Notes: generated by a model not told the origin, from the sequence alone. Positions 1 to 9,860 are shown, numbered from the stretch's first letter. The stretch: DNA of 24,515 nucleotides from Myxococcales bacterium (GCA_038320275.1 JBBQEB010000047.1:1-24515), one strand, 5' to 3'. Numbers and translations are program-made.

Positions 1-110
1 GTGGTGAAGAGTTTCTTCCGGCAATGTTGGGGGTCAATGAACGCTTGCCGTGGCCAGCTCGAGGCGACCGCTCCATGGACGGGTCCCACGCCGTTCTGAA
101 GGAGGCCGTC

Positions 111-575
111 ATGAGGAAGCTGATGTTCGCCGCGATCACGCTCGTCGCGCTCACGGTCGGGTACGTCGCGCGCGCGCAGGTGCAGTCGGTCCAGCGCCCC
201 TACCATCCCGGCAGCGTCTGGACGATGGGCTTCATCCGCGTGGAACCTGGGATGGACACGGCCTACCTGGGCTTCGTCGCCTCCGAGTGGAAGCGCTTGT
301 CCGAGGCGCTGAAGAAGGAGGGGCTCATCCTCTCGTACAAGGTGCTTCAGACCGAGGGGCACGGCCCAGACGACTGGAACCTCATCCTCATGACCGAGGT
401 GAAGGATCTCGCGACACTGGAGGCGACCGAGCAGCGGGCGGAGGCCATCGCGAATCAGCTCGAGGGCGGCGACGCGAAGGTGCAGCAGGGCTACACGGAC
501 CGGCTCAAGATCCGGCGCGTCGTCGGGAGCCGCCTGGCGCGCGAGATCGTGCTCACGCCGAGGACGGCCAAGTAG
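111..575 (+). CDS. Exported hypothetical protein, 154 aa, with Sec signal peptide; mature part possibly a dimeric alpha+beta barrel (NIPSNAP-like)
   Basis: SD AAGGAGG at 99-105 precedes ATG at 111. N-terminus MRKLMFAAITLVALTVGYVARA|Q has basic, hydrophobic and A-x-A regions. Codon usage is high-GC3. The fold guess comes from the pattern of alternating strands and helices only. Confidence 0.8.
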   Translation: MRKLMFAAITLVALTVGYVARAQVQSVQRPYHPGSVWTMGFIRVEPGMDTAYLGFVASEWKRLSEALKKEGLILSYKVLQTEGHGPDDWNLILMTEVKDLATLEATEQRAEAIANQLEGGDAKVQQGYTDRLKIRRVVGSRLAREIVLTPRTAK

Positions 576-828
576 AGCCGGCTTCCGCCGGGGCGGAGCG
601 CAGAGGCGCAGCGGGTCATCGAGTACGCGAGCAGCGTCCACGCGCTGCTCTCGGCGTCCACTGCCCTGCGCGCTGCAACGACGACCTGAGGCGCTTCTCC
701 CGGAGGTGATCCGGAGCCCTGATCCGCGCGCATCTGCCGGGCGGTCGTGCGGTCGCGCGAGGGCCGGTCTGCCGGAACTGCTACTACGTTCCCCTCCTCC
801 GCGAGTTGGTGCGGCCGGCCCGCGGGAC

Positions 829-879
829 GATGCTCGCAGAACGAGCAGGAGTTGAACCGGGATGCTCGCGGGGCGAGCA
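829..879. promoter_or_regulatory. Tandem pair of 17-bp palindromes TGCTCG-N5-CGAGCA, 32 bp apart; putative operator/enhancer
   Basis: GATGCTCGCAGAACGAGCA at 829-847 and GATGCTCGCGGGGCGAGCA at 861-879. The arms are identical and only the spacer differs. Confidence 0.5.
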
Positions 880-1220
880 CCGCGCCCCGGCTCGGCGGAG
901 TAAACGTTGATTGACCACCGACCCGCGGAGCATGTCGAGCCTTTGTCCAATTTAAATGTGCGCGTTCGGACGGGCGCACGTGCGTCCCACCGGTTGAGGC
1001 GCCCCCGATGGCGTCGAATCACCTATTGCGCCTGCCAGGGAGTGAGCGTACTTGTGCCAAATCAATAGTTGCCGTTGGCACGAACCCGGGGATCGTTCAC
1101 GTTTCGTCATCGTGGCGGGCGCGAGCCCCGAGATTGCAATCTAGTTTGCCGTGTATGACCCAGGGTGACTCATGGAGCTCCTTCGACGCTCGCTGCTGAT
1201 AGGCTTGTCTTCTCCCCGGC

Positions 1221-2057
1221 TTGTGGTTGCTTCGACTCGTCTCGTTGGCGCCCATGGTGTCCATCGCGCCGTGCAATGAGGGTGATGCAAAGGGTTTCGC
1301 CGTCCAGCAGGGAACGGGACCGTCATGGGAGCCCCTCATCAACGAGGCCCGCGCGGCTGAACACGGCGTGTCGCCACCGGGCGCGCGGGGCCGGCTGGTC
1401 CGGGTGCCGCACGCCGGGGGCGGGAGCCGCTTCCACCTCTTCACTCGCCTGCGCGGCGAGCCCGTCCAGTGGGAGGCGGGGAGTGGCGGAAAAGCGCACG
1501 ACACCGCCTTTGTCGCCGCGGTCGGGCCGGGCGGCCCTGCCATGTACCGGATGAACCTGCACTCCTGGACGCCGGCCGACTTCCGCCTGGGCGCGGGATT
1601 CACGGGCACCCCGCAACCGCCCTCGGAGCTCTTCTACCCCTTCACCTTCATCGCGATCGTTCTCATGCTGTCGGGAGTCGGCATCTTCGCCGCCCTGCCC
1701 GGCCCGACGCGCGGCGCGGGCCGCTTCTCGCTCCTCGACGGCGTGCTGCTCGCCGCGGTGGCGGTGCTCTTCTCCGCGCCGCTCTTCGCCGTGGGAGGTT
1801 CGGTCCAGGCGCTCACCCGCGCTGCGTGGCTCACCCTCCCGTGCTGGATCCTCGCCGCCGTCTGCATGCACCTGTTCGCGAAGCCGACACAGAACGCGCG
1901 CCTCGCCTTCTCGGGGTCCGAGAGCGCTCCTCCGGCGGCGCTGTCGGAAGCGCTCCACAGCGCCGTGTTCGTGCGCACGGGCGCTGCGTTCCTCGCCGTC
2001 GCCGTCGCCCCGGTCACGTTCCTCGTGTTCGCGTCGCTCGTGCTCTGGCAGGGTTGA
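1221..2057 (+). CDS. Hypothetical integral membrane protein (soluble domain followed by ~4 TM helices); true start probably ATG 1172 with a +1 frameshift near 1202
   Basis: Hydrophobic segments FTFIAIVLMLSGVGIFAAL, LLDGVLLAAVAVLFSAPLF, AAWLTLPCWILAAVCM and AAFLAVAVAPVTFLVFASLVLW; stop TGA at 2055-2057. The start is uncertain (TTG 1221, ATG 1254, or out-of-frame ATG 1172). Confidence 0.7.
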   Translation: MWLLRLVSLAPMVSIAPCNEGDAKGFAVQQGTGPSWEPLINEARAAEHGVSPPGARGRLVRVPHAGGGSRFHLFTRLRGEPVQWEAGSGGKAHDTAFVAAVGPGGPAMYRMNLHSWTPADFRLGAGFTGTPQPPSELFYPFTFIAIVLMLSGVGIFAALPGPTRGAGRFSLLDGVLLAAVAVLFSAPLFAVGGSVQALTRAAWLTLPCWILAAVCMHLFAKPTQNARLAFSGSESAPPAALSEALHSAVFVRTGAAFLAVAVAPVTFLVFASLVLWQG

Positions 2058-2062
2058 GAGCT

Positions 2063-2080
2063 GCGTCGCCGCGGCGACGC
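2063..2080. terminator. GC-rich hairpin between convergent genes; possible bidirectional terminator or mRNA 3' stabiliser
   Basis: GCGTCGCCGCGGCGACGC is a perfect 18-bp palindrome 5 nt after the stop at 2057. There is no U-tract. Confidence 0.35.
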
Positions 2081-2153
2081 TCCCGTCCCGCCCGGGCGCT
2101 CGAGGCGCACCCCCCAGGAGCTCGCGGTGCACGGGCCTCGCTCGTGGCCGTGC

Positions 2154-4775
2154 TCACCGCCGTCCGCGCGGCGCCGGGGGAGCCGCGCGAAGGGGATCCT
2201 GCGGCCAGGCGTGGCGGGGATACCGGCGGCCGAGCTCCCGGCGAAGCGCGGGGTAGTGCCGCTCCCAGAAGCCGGCGAGGTCGGTGGTCACCTGCACCGC
2301 CCGGCCGTTGGGCGCCAGCAGGTGCAGCACCAGCGGGATCCGGCCCGCGGCGACGCGCGGACCCTCCGCCATCCCGAAGAAGTCCTGGAGGCGGCTCGCG
2401 ACGAAGGGCGGCCTGGGAGCCGTCTCGTACTCCACCTTCACGCCGCGACCGCCGGGCAGGGCGATGCGCTCGGGCGCGAGCCGCTCCAGCGCTCGGCGGC
2501 CATCGGGAGGTAGGCGCGCCAGGAGCGCCTCGTCGAGCCGCGCCTCCCGCAGCTCGGCGAAGCTGCGCCGGCCGGCGCAGGCGTCGCGAAGCGCGGCGGC
2601 GAGATCCTCGGGGGACGGTGCGGCGAGCCCGCTCCCGGGCGCGTGCTCCCCCGCGAACGCGATGCGGGCGAGGAGCCGGTCGAGGGCGCCGTCCGGCGCG
2701 AAAGCGCGCGCGCCCCGGGCGAGCGCGGCCTCCGCCAGCGCCGCCGCGACCGGCTCGGGATCCGGCCGCGGCGCACGCGTCTCCTCCAGGACCAGATCTT
2801 CGTACAGGAGCTGCTCGAAGGCTTCGGCCCGCTCGGCATCCGCGTTCCATTTGACGTGCGTCTCGAAGCGCAGGGCGTGCGGAAAGAGGTCGAGGAGCCC
2901 CTCCTGCGTGATCGCGCTGGCGAGCCGGACCTGCACCCCGCCGCCCGGAGAGGCCGGCCGCCCGGCTCCGGCCGCCCGGGCGCGGCGCTCCTCCGCGTCG
3001 AGAGCCACCAGGAGCGGAGCCTCCCGGACCACGCTCGCGGGTGAGAGCCGCGCGCTGCCGCCGCCCACCAGCACCACCTCGTCCGATCCGGGGGAGCGCC
3101 GGCGGGCCACGCGGTCGGGAAAGGCGGCGAGGGTGGCGGCGAGCAGGGAGGCTTCGACGGAGGTCGAGGTCGCGGTCGCGGTCGCGGTCGAGGTCGAGGT
3201 CGAGGTCGAGGTCGGGTTCGGGGTCGGGGTCGGGTTCGCCCCCCGCCCCACCATCCTCTCCAGCTGCCGCCTTGCGCGGTCCACCGCCGCGACCGCTGCG
3301 GGTGCGAGCCCCATCGCGCGCAGCCTCCGCTCGTCGAACCTCGCCCGCCGCGCCTCCTCGAAGAGAGACGCCAGCTCCAGCAGGTCCGACGGGCCGGTGG
3401 GGGCCGCGCCTCGGGCATCCGCGTCCCAGCGCTCGCGCAGGTCGCGCTCGCCCAGGATGGCGGCGAGGAGCGCACCCTCCCGGCCGGCTCCCCGCTCCTC
3501 GGCCGCGATCGCGAGCCGCGCCAGCCTGGGGTGCAGCGGGAAGCGCAGCATGCGCCGGCCGTCGCCGGTCAGCTCTCCGCCCGGCGACATCGCGCCCAGC
3601 CGGCGGAGGAGGTCCTGCGCTGCCTCCCACGCCGCGGGGAGTGGGGGCGTGAGCCAGGCGAGGTTCTCGAGGCCGAGCGAGGCCACGGCCAAGGCCGTCT
3701 CGGCCAGGTCCGCCCTCTGGATCTCCGGCGCATCGTGCTCGGGGCGGCCGTCGTGGTCGGCGCGCCCATAGAGCCGCAAGCATCTCCCCGCGCGCGTGCG
3801 CCCGGCCCGCCCCGCCCGCTGCGCCGCCGAGGCGCGGCTCACCTTGCGCAGCTCGAGCGCCGGAAGCCCCGACCAGGGAGAGTGGGCCGCCACGCGCGCG
3901 AGCCCGGAGTCCACCACCGCCACCACCCCGGCGATCGTCACCGAGGTCTCGGCGACGTTGGTGGCGAGGATCACCTTGCGGCGCGCCGAGGGGCTCACGG
4001 CGCGGTCTTGCTCCTCCGGCGGGAGGTCGCCGTGCAGCGGCAGCACCTCCACCTCGCCGAGCCCCGCCAGCCTCTCGCGCGCGCGACGGATCTCGGCGGC
4101 GCCGGGCAGAAACACCAGCACGTGTCCATCCGGCTCCTCTCGCAGCAGGCGCTTCACCGCCCCCGACACGCGCTCCTCGAGCCGCAGTGGCCGCGCCGCA
4201 TCCTCCGGTGAAAGGTGCTCCACCGCCACGGGAAAGGCGCGCCCCTCCGACCGCAACGACGCGGCGCCCAGGAACCGCGCCACGGGAGCGGCGTCGAGGG
4301 TGGCCGACATCACCACCAGCTTGAGGTCCGTCCGGCGCGACCGCTGCAGCCGCGCGAGCAGCGCCAGGGCGAGGTCGGCGTGCAGGTGGCGCTCGTGGAA
4401 CTCGTCCAGCACCACCGCTCCCACGCCGCGCAGCAAGGGGTCCGCGAGGAGCCGCCGGGTGAGGAGCGCCTCGGTGACGAAGCGGATGCGGGTGTGGGGC
4501 CCGGAGACGTCCTCGAAGCGCACCTGCCAGCCCGCCGTCTCGCCTGGCCGCTCGCCCAGCTCTTCCGCCACGCGCTTCGCCGCCATCCGGGCTGCGAGCC
4601 TCCGCGGCTCCAGGACCACGATCTCTCCAGCCCCGGCGAGTCCGGCGGCGAGCAGCGCGGGGGGGAGGCGGGTGGTCTTGCCCGCGCCGGGCGGCGCCTC
4701 CAGCACGAGCGACGAGCCTGCGCGCAGGGCCGCGACGGCCTCGGGCAGGAGCGAGTCGATGGGGAGCGGCTGCAC
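2154..4775 (-). CDS. hrpB: ATP-dependent DEAH/RHA RNA helicase HrpB, ~873 aa
   Basis: Starts GTG-QPLPIDSLLP. Motifs: Walker A APPGAGKTT, Ia EPRRLAAR, DEFH, SAT, ATNVAETSVTI and QRAGRAGR. HrpB C-terminal signature RLQDFFG...LLAPNGRAVQVTTDLAGFW..Y...RRELGRRYPRHAWP. Confidence 0.95.
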   Translation of the reverse strand: MQPLPIDSLLPEAVAALRAGSSLVLEAPPGAGKTTRLPPALLAAGLAGAGEIVVLEPRRLAARMAAKRVAEELGERPGETAGWQVRFEDVSGPHTRIRFVTEALLTRRLLADPLLRGVGAVVLDEFHERHLHADLALALLARLQRSRRTDLKLVVMSATLDAAPVARFLGAASLRSEGRAFPVAVEHLSPEDAARPLRLEERVSGAVKRLLREEPDGHVLVFLPGAAEIRRARERLAGLGEVEVLPLHGDLPPEEQDRAVSPSARRKVILATNVAETSVTIAGVVAVVDSGLARVAAHSPWSGLPALELRKVSRASAAQRAGRAGRTRAGRCLRLYGRADHDGRPEHDAPEIQRADLAETALAVASLGLENLAWLTPPLPAAWEAAQDLLRRLGAMSPGGELTGDGRRMLRFPLHPRLARLAIAAEERGAGREGALLAAILGERDLRERWDADARGAAPTGPSDLLELASLFEEARRARFDERRLRAMGLAPAAVAAVDRARRQLERMVGRGANPTPTPNPTSTSTSTSTATATATSTSVEASLLAATLAAFPDRVARRRSPGSDEVVLVGGGSARLSPASVVREAPLLVALDAEERRARAAGAGRPASPGGGVQVRLASAITQEGLLDLFPHALRFETHVKWNADAERAEAFEQLLYEDLVLEETRAPRPDPEPVAAALAEAALARGARAFAPDGALDRLLARIAFAGEHAPGSGLAAPSPEDLAAALRDACAGRRSFAELREARLDEALLARLPPDGRRALERLAPERIALPGGRGVKVEYETAPRPPFVASRLQDFFGMAEGPRVAAGRIPLVLHLLAPNGRAVQVTTDLAGFWERHYPALRRELGRRYPRHAWPQDPLRAAPPAPRGRR
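3160..3237. repeat. 13 tandem degenerate hexamers (GAGGTC/GCGGTC/GGGGTC/GGGTTC) inside hrpB, encoding NPTPTPNPTSTSTSTSTATATATSTS
   Basis: Read directly on the + strand: GAGGTC x2, GCGGTC x3, GAGGTC x4, GGGTTC, GGGGTC x2, GGGTTC (78 bp, in frame). Confidence 0.95.
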
Positions 4776-4840
4776 GCGAGAGCGGCCTGTGAACGGCGCT
4801 CTGGCGCGCGAGAGGGCGAAGGGCGAGCGGAGGGGCCCGT

Positions 4841-5449
4841 TCAGTCGGCCATGGATCTCGCGTAGGCGGGGCGCGCTTCGACGCGCGCGCGGTAACTCGC
4901 GATGGCCGTGAGCTCCGCGGGGAGCGCCTTCACCATATCCGCGACGCGGAGCCGGTGCGCGATCCACACGTCGGCGACGGTGAAGGTGGAACCGGCGATG
5001 AATCCGCCGCCCGCGAGCGCGTGGTCGACGGCGGTCAGCGCAAGCCCGAGCTTGGCGCGCGCCTCCTCGACGACGGCCGGGCTCGTCGCCGCGCTCGTCT
5101 TCCCCAGGTGCTGCGCGATGAGGGGCGCGAGCTGAGACTCGACCTCGGTGGCGGTGAAGAACATCCACTGGTAGACCGCCGCCCGCTCGGCGCTCCCGGG
5201 AGGGGGGAGCAGCTTGCCGTCGCCGTGCCGCTCCGCGAGCCAGAGGCAGATGGCCGCCGACTCGAACATCCGCACGTCGCCGTCCTCGAGCGCCGGGACG
5301 TGTCCGAGGGGCTGGCGGGCGAGGTGCTCCGGTGTCCTCGTCTCGCTCCGGTCGAGCCGCTGGAGCTCGTAGGGAACGCTGAGCTCCTCGAGAGCCCAGC
5401 GCACGGAGGTCGCACGCGTGCGCGGCACATACCAGAGCTTCACGGGCAT
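4841..5449 (-). CDS. Glutathione S-transferase family protein, 202 aa
   Basis: GST N-domain RW.LEEL.VPYE, P.G.VPAL.DG (cis-Pro) and FESAAI. C-domain FIAGSTFTVAD and ARPAY. SD GGAG lies in the 19-nt gap after the clpA stop. Confidence 0.92.
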   Translation of the reverse strand: MPVKLWYVPRTRATSVRWALEELSVPYELQRLDRSETRTPEHLARQPLGHVPALEDGDVRMFESAAICLWLAERHGDGKLLPPPGSAERAAVYQWMFFTATEVESQLAPLIAQHLGKTSAATSPAVVEEARAKLGLALTAVDHALAGGGFIAGSTFTVADVWIAHRLRVADMVKALPAELTAIASYRARVEARPAYARSMAD

Positions 5450-5468
5450 GCGGATCTCTCCGGGCGGG

Positions 5469-7772
<2,304 letters not shown>

Positions 7773-7774
7773 CT

Positions 7775-8101
7775 CTACTCCGGCTCCACCGTGCAAAGGA
7801 GCGGATAGCCCGACTCGCGGGCGAGCGAGACCACCTTTTCAGCCTTCGTTTCCGCAATGTCCTTCGGATACGTTCCCGCGACTCCGACGCCCCGCTGATG
7901 CACGTGGAGCATGATGCGGGTCGACCGCTCCACGTCGTGATGGAAGATGGTGCGGAGCACCTCCACCACGAATTCCATGGTCGTATAATCGTCGTTGTGC
8001 AATAGAACCTTGTAGAGCGGGGGCTTCGCGACCTTCCGCGCGGTCTTTTCCTTCGGGATCGCGACGGAGGTGTCGCCCGGTCCCCGGGTGCCCTCGGCCA
8101 T
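7775..8101 (-). CDS. clpS: Clp protease adaptor ClpS (N-recognin), 108 aa
   Basis: [23 protein letters not shown]...[14 protein letters not shown]...IAETK...YPL; the N-degron-binding N-D-D and H residues are retained. Confidence 0.97.
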   Translation of the reverse strand: MAEGTRGPGDTSVAIPKEKTARKVAKPPLYKVLLHNDDYTTMEFVVEVLRTIFHHDVERSTRIMLHVHQRGVGVAGTYPKDIAETKAEKVVSLARESGYPLLCTVEPE

Positions 8102-8118
8102 GGTGGGCTCTTAACGAC

Positions 8119-8151
8119 GTCGCCCGTGCGCCGCCGCTCCGCACGGGTGGC
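8119..8151. other. Intergenic stem-loop between aat and clpS
   Basis: CCCGTGCG (8123-8130) pairs with CGCACGGG (8140-8147): 8-bp perfect stem, 9-nt loop, extendable with G-U pairs on the + strand. No U-tract. Confidence 0.4.
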
Positions 8152-8170
8152 AGGTCGACTCTCGCCGGAA

Positions 8171-8878
8171 TCAGACCGGAGGCGGCCGGACCGGACTGTC
8201 GAGGTCCCAGGGGCCGCGCAGGGTAGGTTGTCGGAGCGCGATATCCAGGCGCGCCAGGAAGTCCGCCCGAGGAATCTGGCGGGCTCCAAATCGAGCCAGG
8301 TGATCGGTCTTCACCTGGCAGTCGACCAGATCGACGCCCCACCTGGCGAGCCAGTTCACCGACTGGACGAAGGCGACCTTGGAAGCGTCGGGCGCCTCGG
8401 CGAACATCGACTCCCCGAAGAACGCCCCGCCCAGCGACACTCCGTAGAGGCCGCCCACCAGCTTTCCTTCCTCGTAGGCTTCGAAGGAGTGGGCGTACCC
8501 GAGCCGGTGCAGCCGCTCGTAAGCCGCGACCATGCCGTCGGTGATCCAGGTGCCGTCCTGGCCCGGGCGGGGCGAGCGGGCACAGCGGCGGATGACCTCG
8601 CCGAAGGCTTGGTCGGCCTTCACCGCGTAGCGCGCGCTCCTCACCGTCCGCGCGAGCGAGCGCGGCACGTGAAGCCAGCTCGCCTCGAGGATGAGGCGCG
8701 GGTCGGGCGACCACCAGAGGATGGGCATCTCCTCCGAGAACCAGGGGAAGATGCCGGCGGCGTAGGCCCGAAGCAGCCGCTCCGGGGACAGGTCGCCGCC
8801 GACGGCGAGAAGGCCGTCGGGCTCGGCGTCGGATGGGTCGGGGAACTCCGGCTCGCGCGGGAGGCGGAAGAGGGGCAC
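8171..8878 (-). CDS. aat: Leucyl/phenylalanyl-tRNA--protein transferase, 235 aa
   Basis: FPDP...DGLLAVGGDLSPERLLRAY..GIFPW....PILWWSPDPR, TWIT, AHSFE, GGLYGV..GGAFFGESMF, DASKVA and DCQ. Confidence 0.97.
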   Translation of the reverse strand: MPLFRLPREPEFPDPSDAEPDGLLAVGGDLSPERLLRAYAAGIFPWFSEEMPILWWSPDPRLILEASWLHVPRSLARTVRSARYAVKADQAFGEVIRRCARSPRPGQDGTWITDGMVAAYERLHRLGYAHSFEAYEEGKLVGGLYGVSLGGAFFGESMFAEAPDASKVAFVQSVNWLARWGVDLVDCQVKTDHLARFGARQIPRADFLARLDIALRQPTLRGPWDLDSPVRPPPV

Positions 8879-9184
8879 CGCGAAAACTTAACGCGGTGAC
8901 GCTCTCTTCGACCTCGGGACGGGACGGTTCGGGCGATGGCCCACGAGGTGGCTCGCCCTCTTCGTGCGGTGGCCGGGGGCGTAACGAGCTTGGACCGAGC
9001 GGCTCGCGATGCCTGAATCGCCCGAGCAGCACGGACGTGACGGCGCTCCCGTCGCGTGTTATTTCGGCCTCGACTGCGCGCGTTAAAATTCGAGGTCGGA
9101 GGACCCAAAAGGCAAGTGCAAGCAGGCGCCGAAGGGGGCACTTTAGCGCGTCGAAGCCCAGGCGGACGAGGGATTGACCGCTCG

Positions 9185-9200
9185 CGTGATTGGGCTCACG
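9185..9200. promoter_or_regulatory. CRP/FNR-family-like palindrome CGTGA-N6-TCACG just upstream of actA
   Basis: CGTGA TTGGGC TCACG has perfect 5-bp arms and the N6 spacing of the CRP consensus TGTGA-N6-TCACA. It ends 9 nt before ATG 9210. Confidence 0.35.
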
Positions 9201-9209
9201 GCACCATCC

Positions 9210-9860
9210 ATGAGCGCGCTCTTCAGACCCCGGGCAAACACCGCCTTCAGGCTCGTCCTCATCCTCCTCGGCGGCGGCGCGGTCGGTGCTCTCGGCGGGG
9301 CCATGATATGGGCCCGTGTGCCGGCTGGAACCGGACAGCAGGAGCCGTTGCTCCAGCCCGTTCAGTTCGATCACCGCCACCACGTGGTGGACGACGGCAT
9401 CGACTGCCGGTACTGCCACACGAGCGTCGAGCGCGGCCCCAGCGCAGGCATCCCATCCACTGCGCTCTGCATGAACTGCCACGCGCAGATCTGGAACAAG
9501 AGCCCCAGGTTGGAGCCGGTGCGCGAGAGTTACTTCAGCGGGCAGCCCATACCGTGGGTCCGGGTGCACCGCCTGCCCGACTTCGTCTACTTCAACCACT
9601 CCATCCACATCGCCAAGGGCGTCGGTTGCGAAACGTGCCATGGGCGCGTCGACCAGATGCCGGCCGTGGAGCAGGTGGCGCCGCTCACCATGAGCTGGTG
9701 CCTCGAATGCCACCGCAACCCGAAGCCGTTCCTCCGGCCTCTCGACCAGGTGACCACCATGGGATGGACGCCGCAGGGCGACCCCGCCGCGCTCGGGCGT
9801 GAGCTCGAGAAGAAGTACGAAGTCCACAGCCGGACGAGCTGCACGACATGCCATCGCTAA
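9210..9860 (+). CDS. actA: Alternative complex III pentaheme cytochrome c subunit ActA, ~216 aa
   Basis: N-terminal TM helix. Five CxxCH motifs (CRYCH, CMNCH, CETCH, CLECH, CTTCH). ActA signature QPVQFDHRHH and WVRVHRLPDFVYFNHSIH. ATG 9210 preferred over TTG 9174. Confidence 0.93.
   Translation: MSALFRPRANTAFRLVLILLGGGAVGALGGAMIWARVPAGTGQQEPLLQPVQFDHRHHVVDDGIDCRYCHTSVERGPSAGIPSTALCMNCHAQIWNKSPRLEPVRESYFSGQPIPWVRVHRLPDFVYFNHSIHIAKGVGCETCHGRVDQMPAVEQVAPLTMSWCLECHRNPKPFLRPLDQVTTMGWTPQGDPAALGRELEKKYEVHSRTSCTTCHR

Noticed and set aside
24..110. 29-codon N-terminal extension of the first CDS from ATG 24
   Set aside because: The strong SD and signal peptide place the start at 111.
834..858. Minus strand GGTTCAACTCCTGCTCGTTCTGCGA resembles a tRNA T-loop plus 3' acceptor strand (possible att-site remnant)
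   Set aside because: The T-stem does not pair (CCCGG vs CCTGC), it ends CGA rather than CCA, no cloverleaf forms, and there is no integrase or second copy in the window. Only a match to a host tRNA 3' end would revive it.
829..879. Palindromic 19-bp repeat pair as a mini CRISPR array
   Set aside because: Only two units, a 13-bp spacer, repeats too short, and no cas genes.
774..1098. Two GAAC-N9-GTTC dyads (775-791 and 1082-1098) as LexA/SOS boxes
   Set aside because: The spacing matches neither the Firmicute GAAC-N4-GTTC nor the alphaproteobacterial GTTC-N7-GTTC box, and 4-bp arms are expected by chance.
576..1199. ORFs 491..979 (-), 1008..1199 (+) and a short open stretch near 603-689 (EAQRVIEYASSVHALL...)
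   Set aside because: No SD, no recognisable motifs and atypical composition. A decayed gene cannot be excluded but is unsupported.
4776..5168. 131-aa N-terminal extension of HrpB (1004-aa ORF) or a GST-HrpB fusion
   Set aside because: It is an Arg-rich off-frame reading of the GST gene. GST has its own TGA at 4841-4843, and HrpB homology starts at QPLPID.
9198..9213. CGGCAC-N5-ATGA as a sigma54 promoter for actA
   Set aside because: The -12 element lacks GC and overlaps the start codon.
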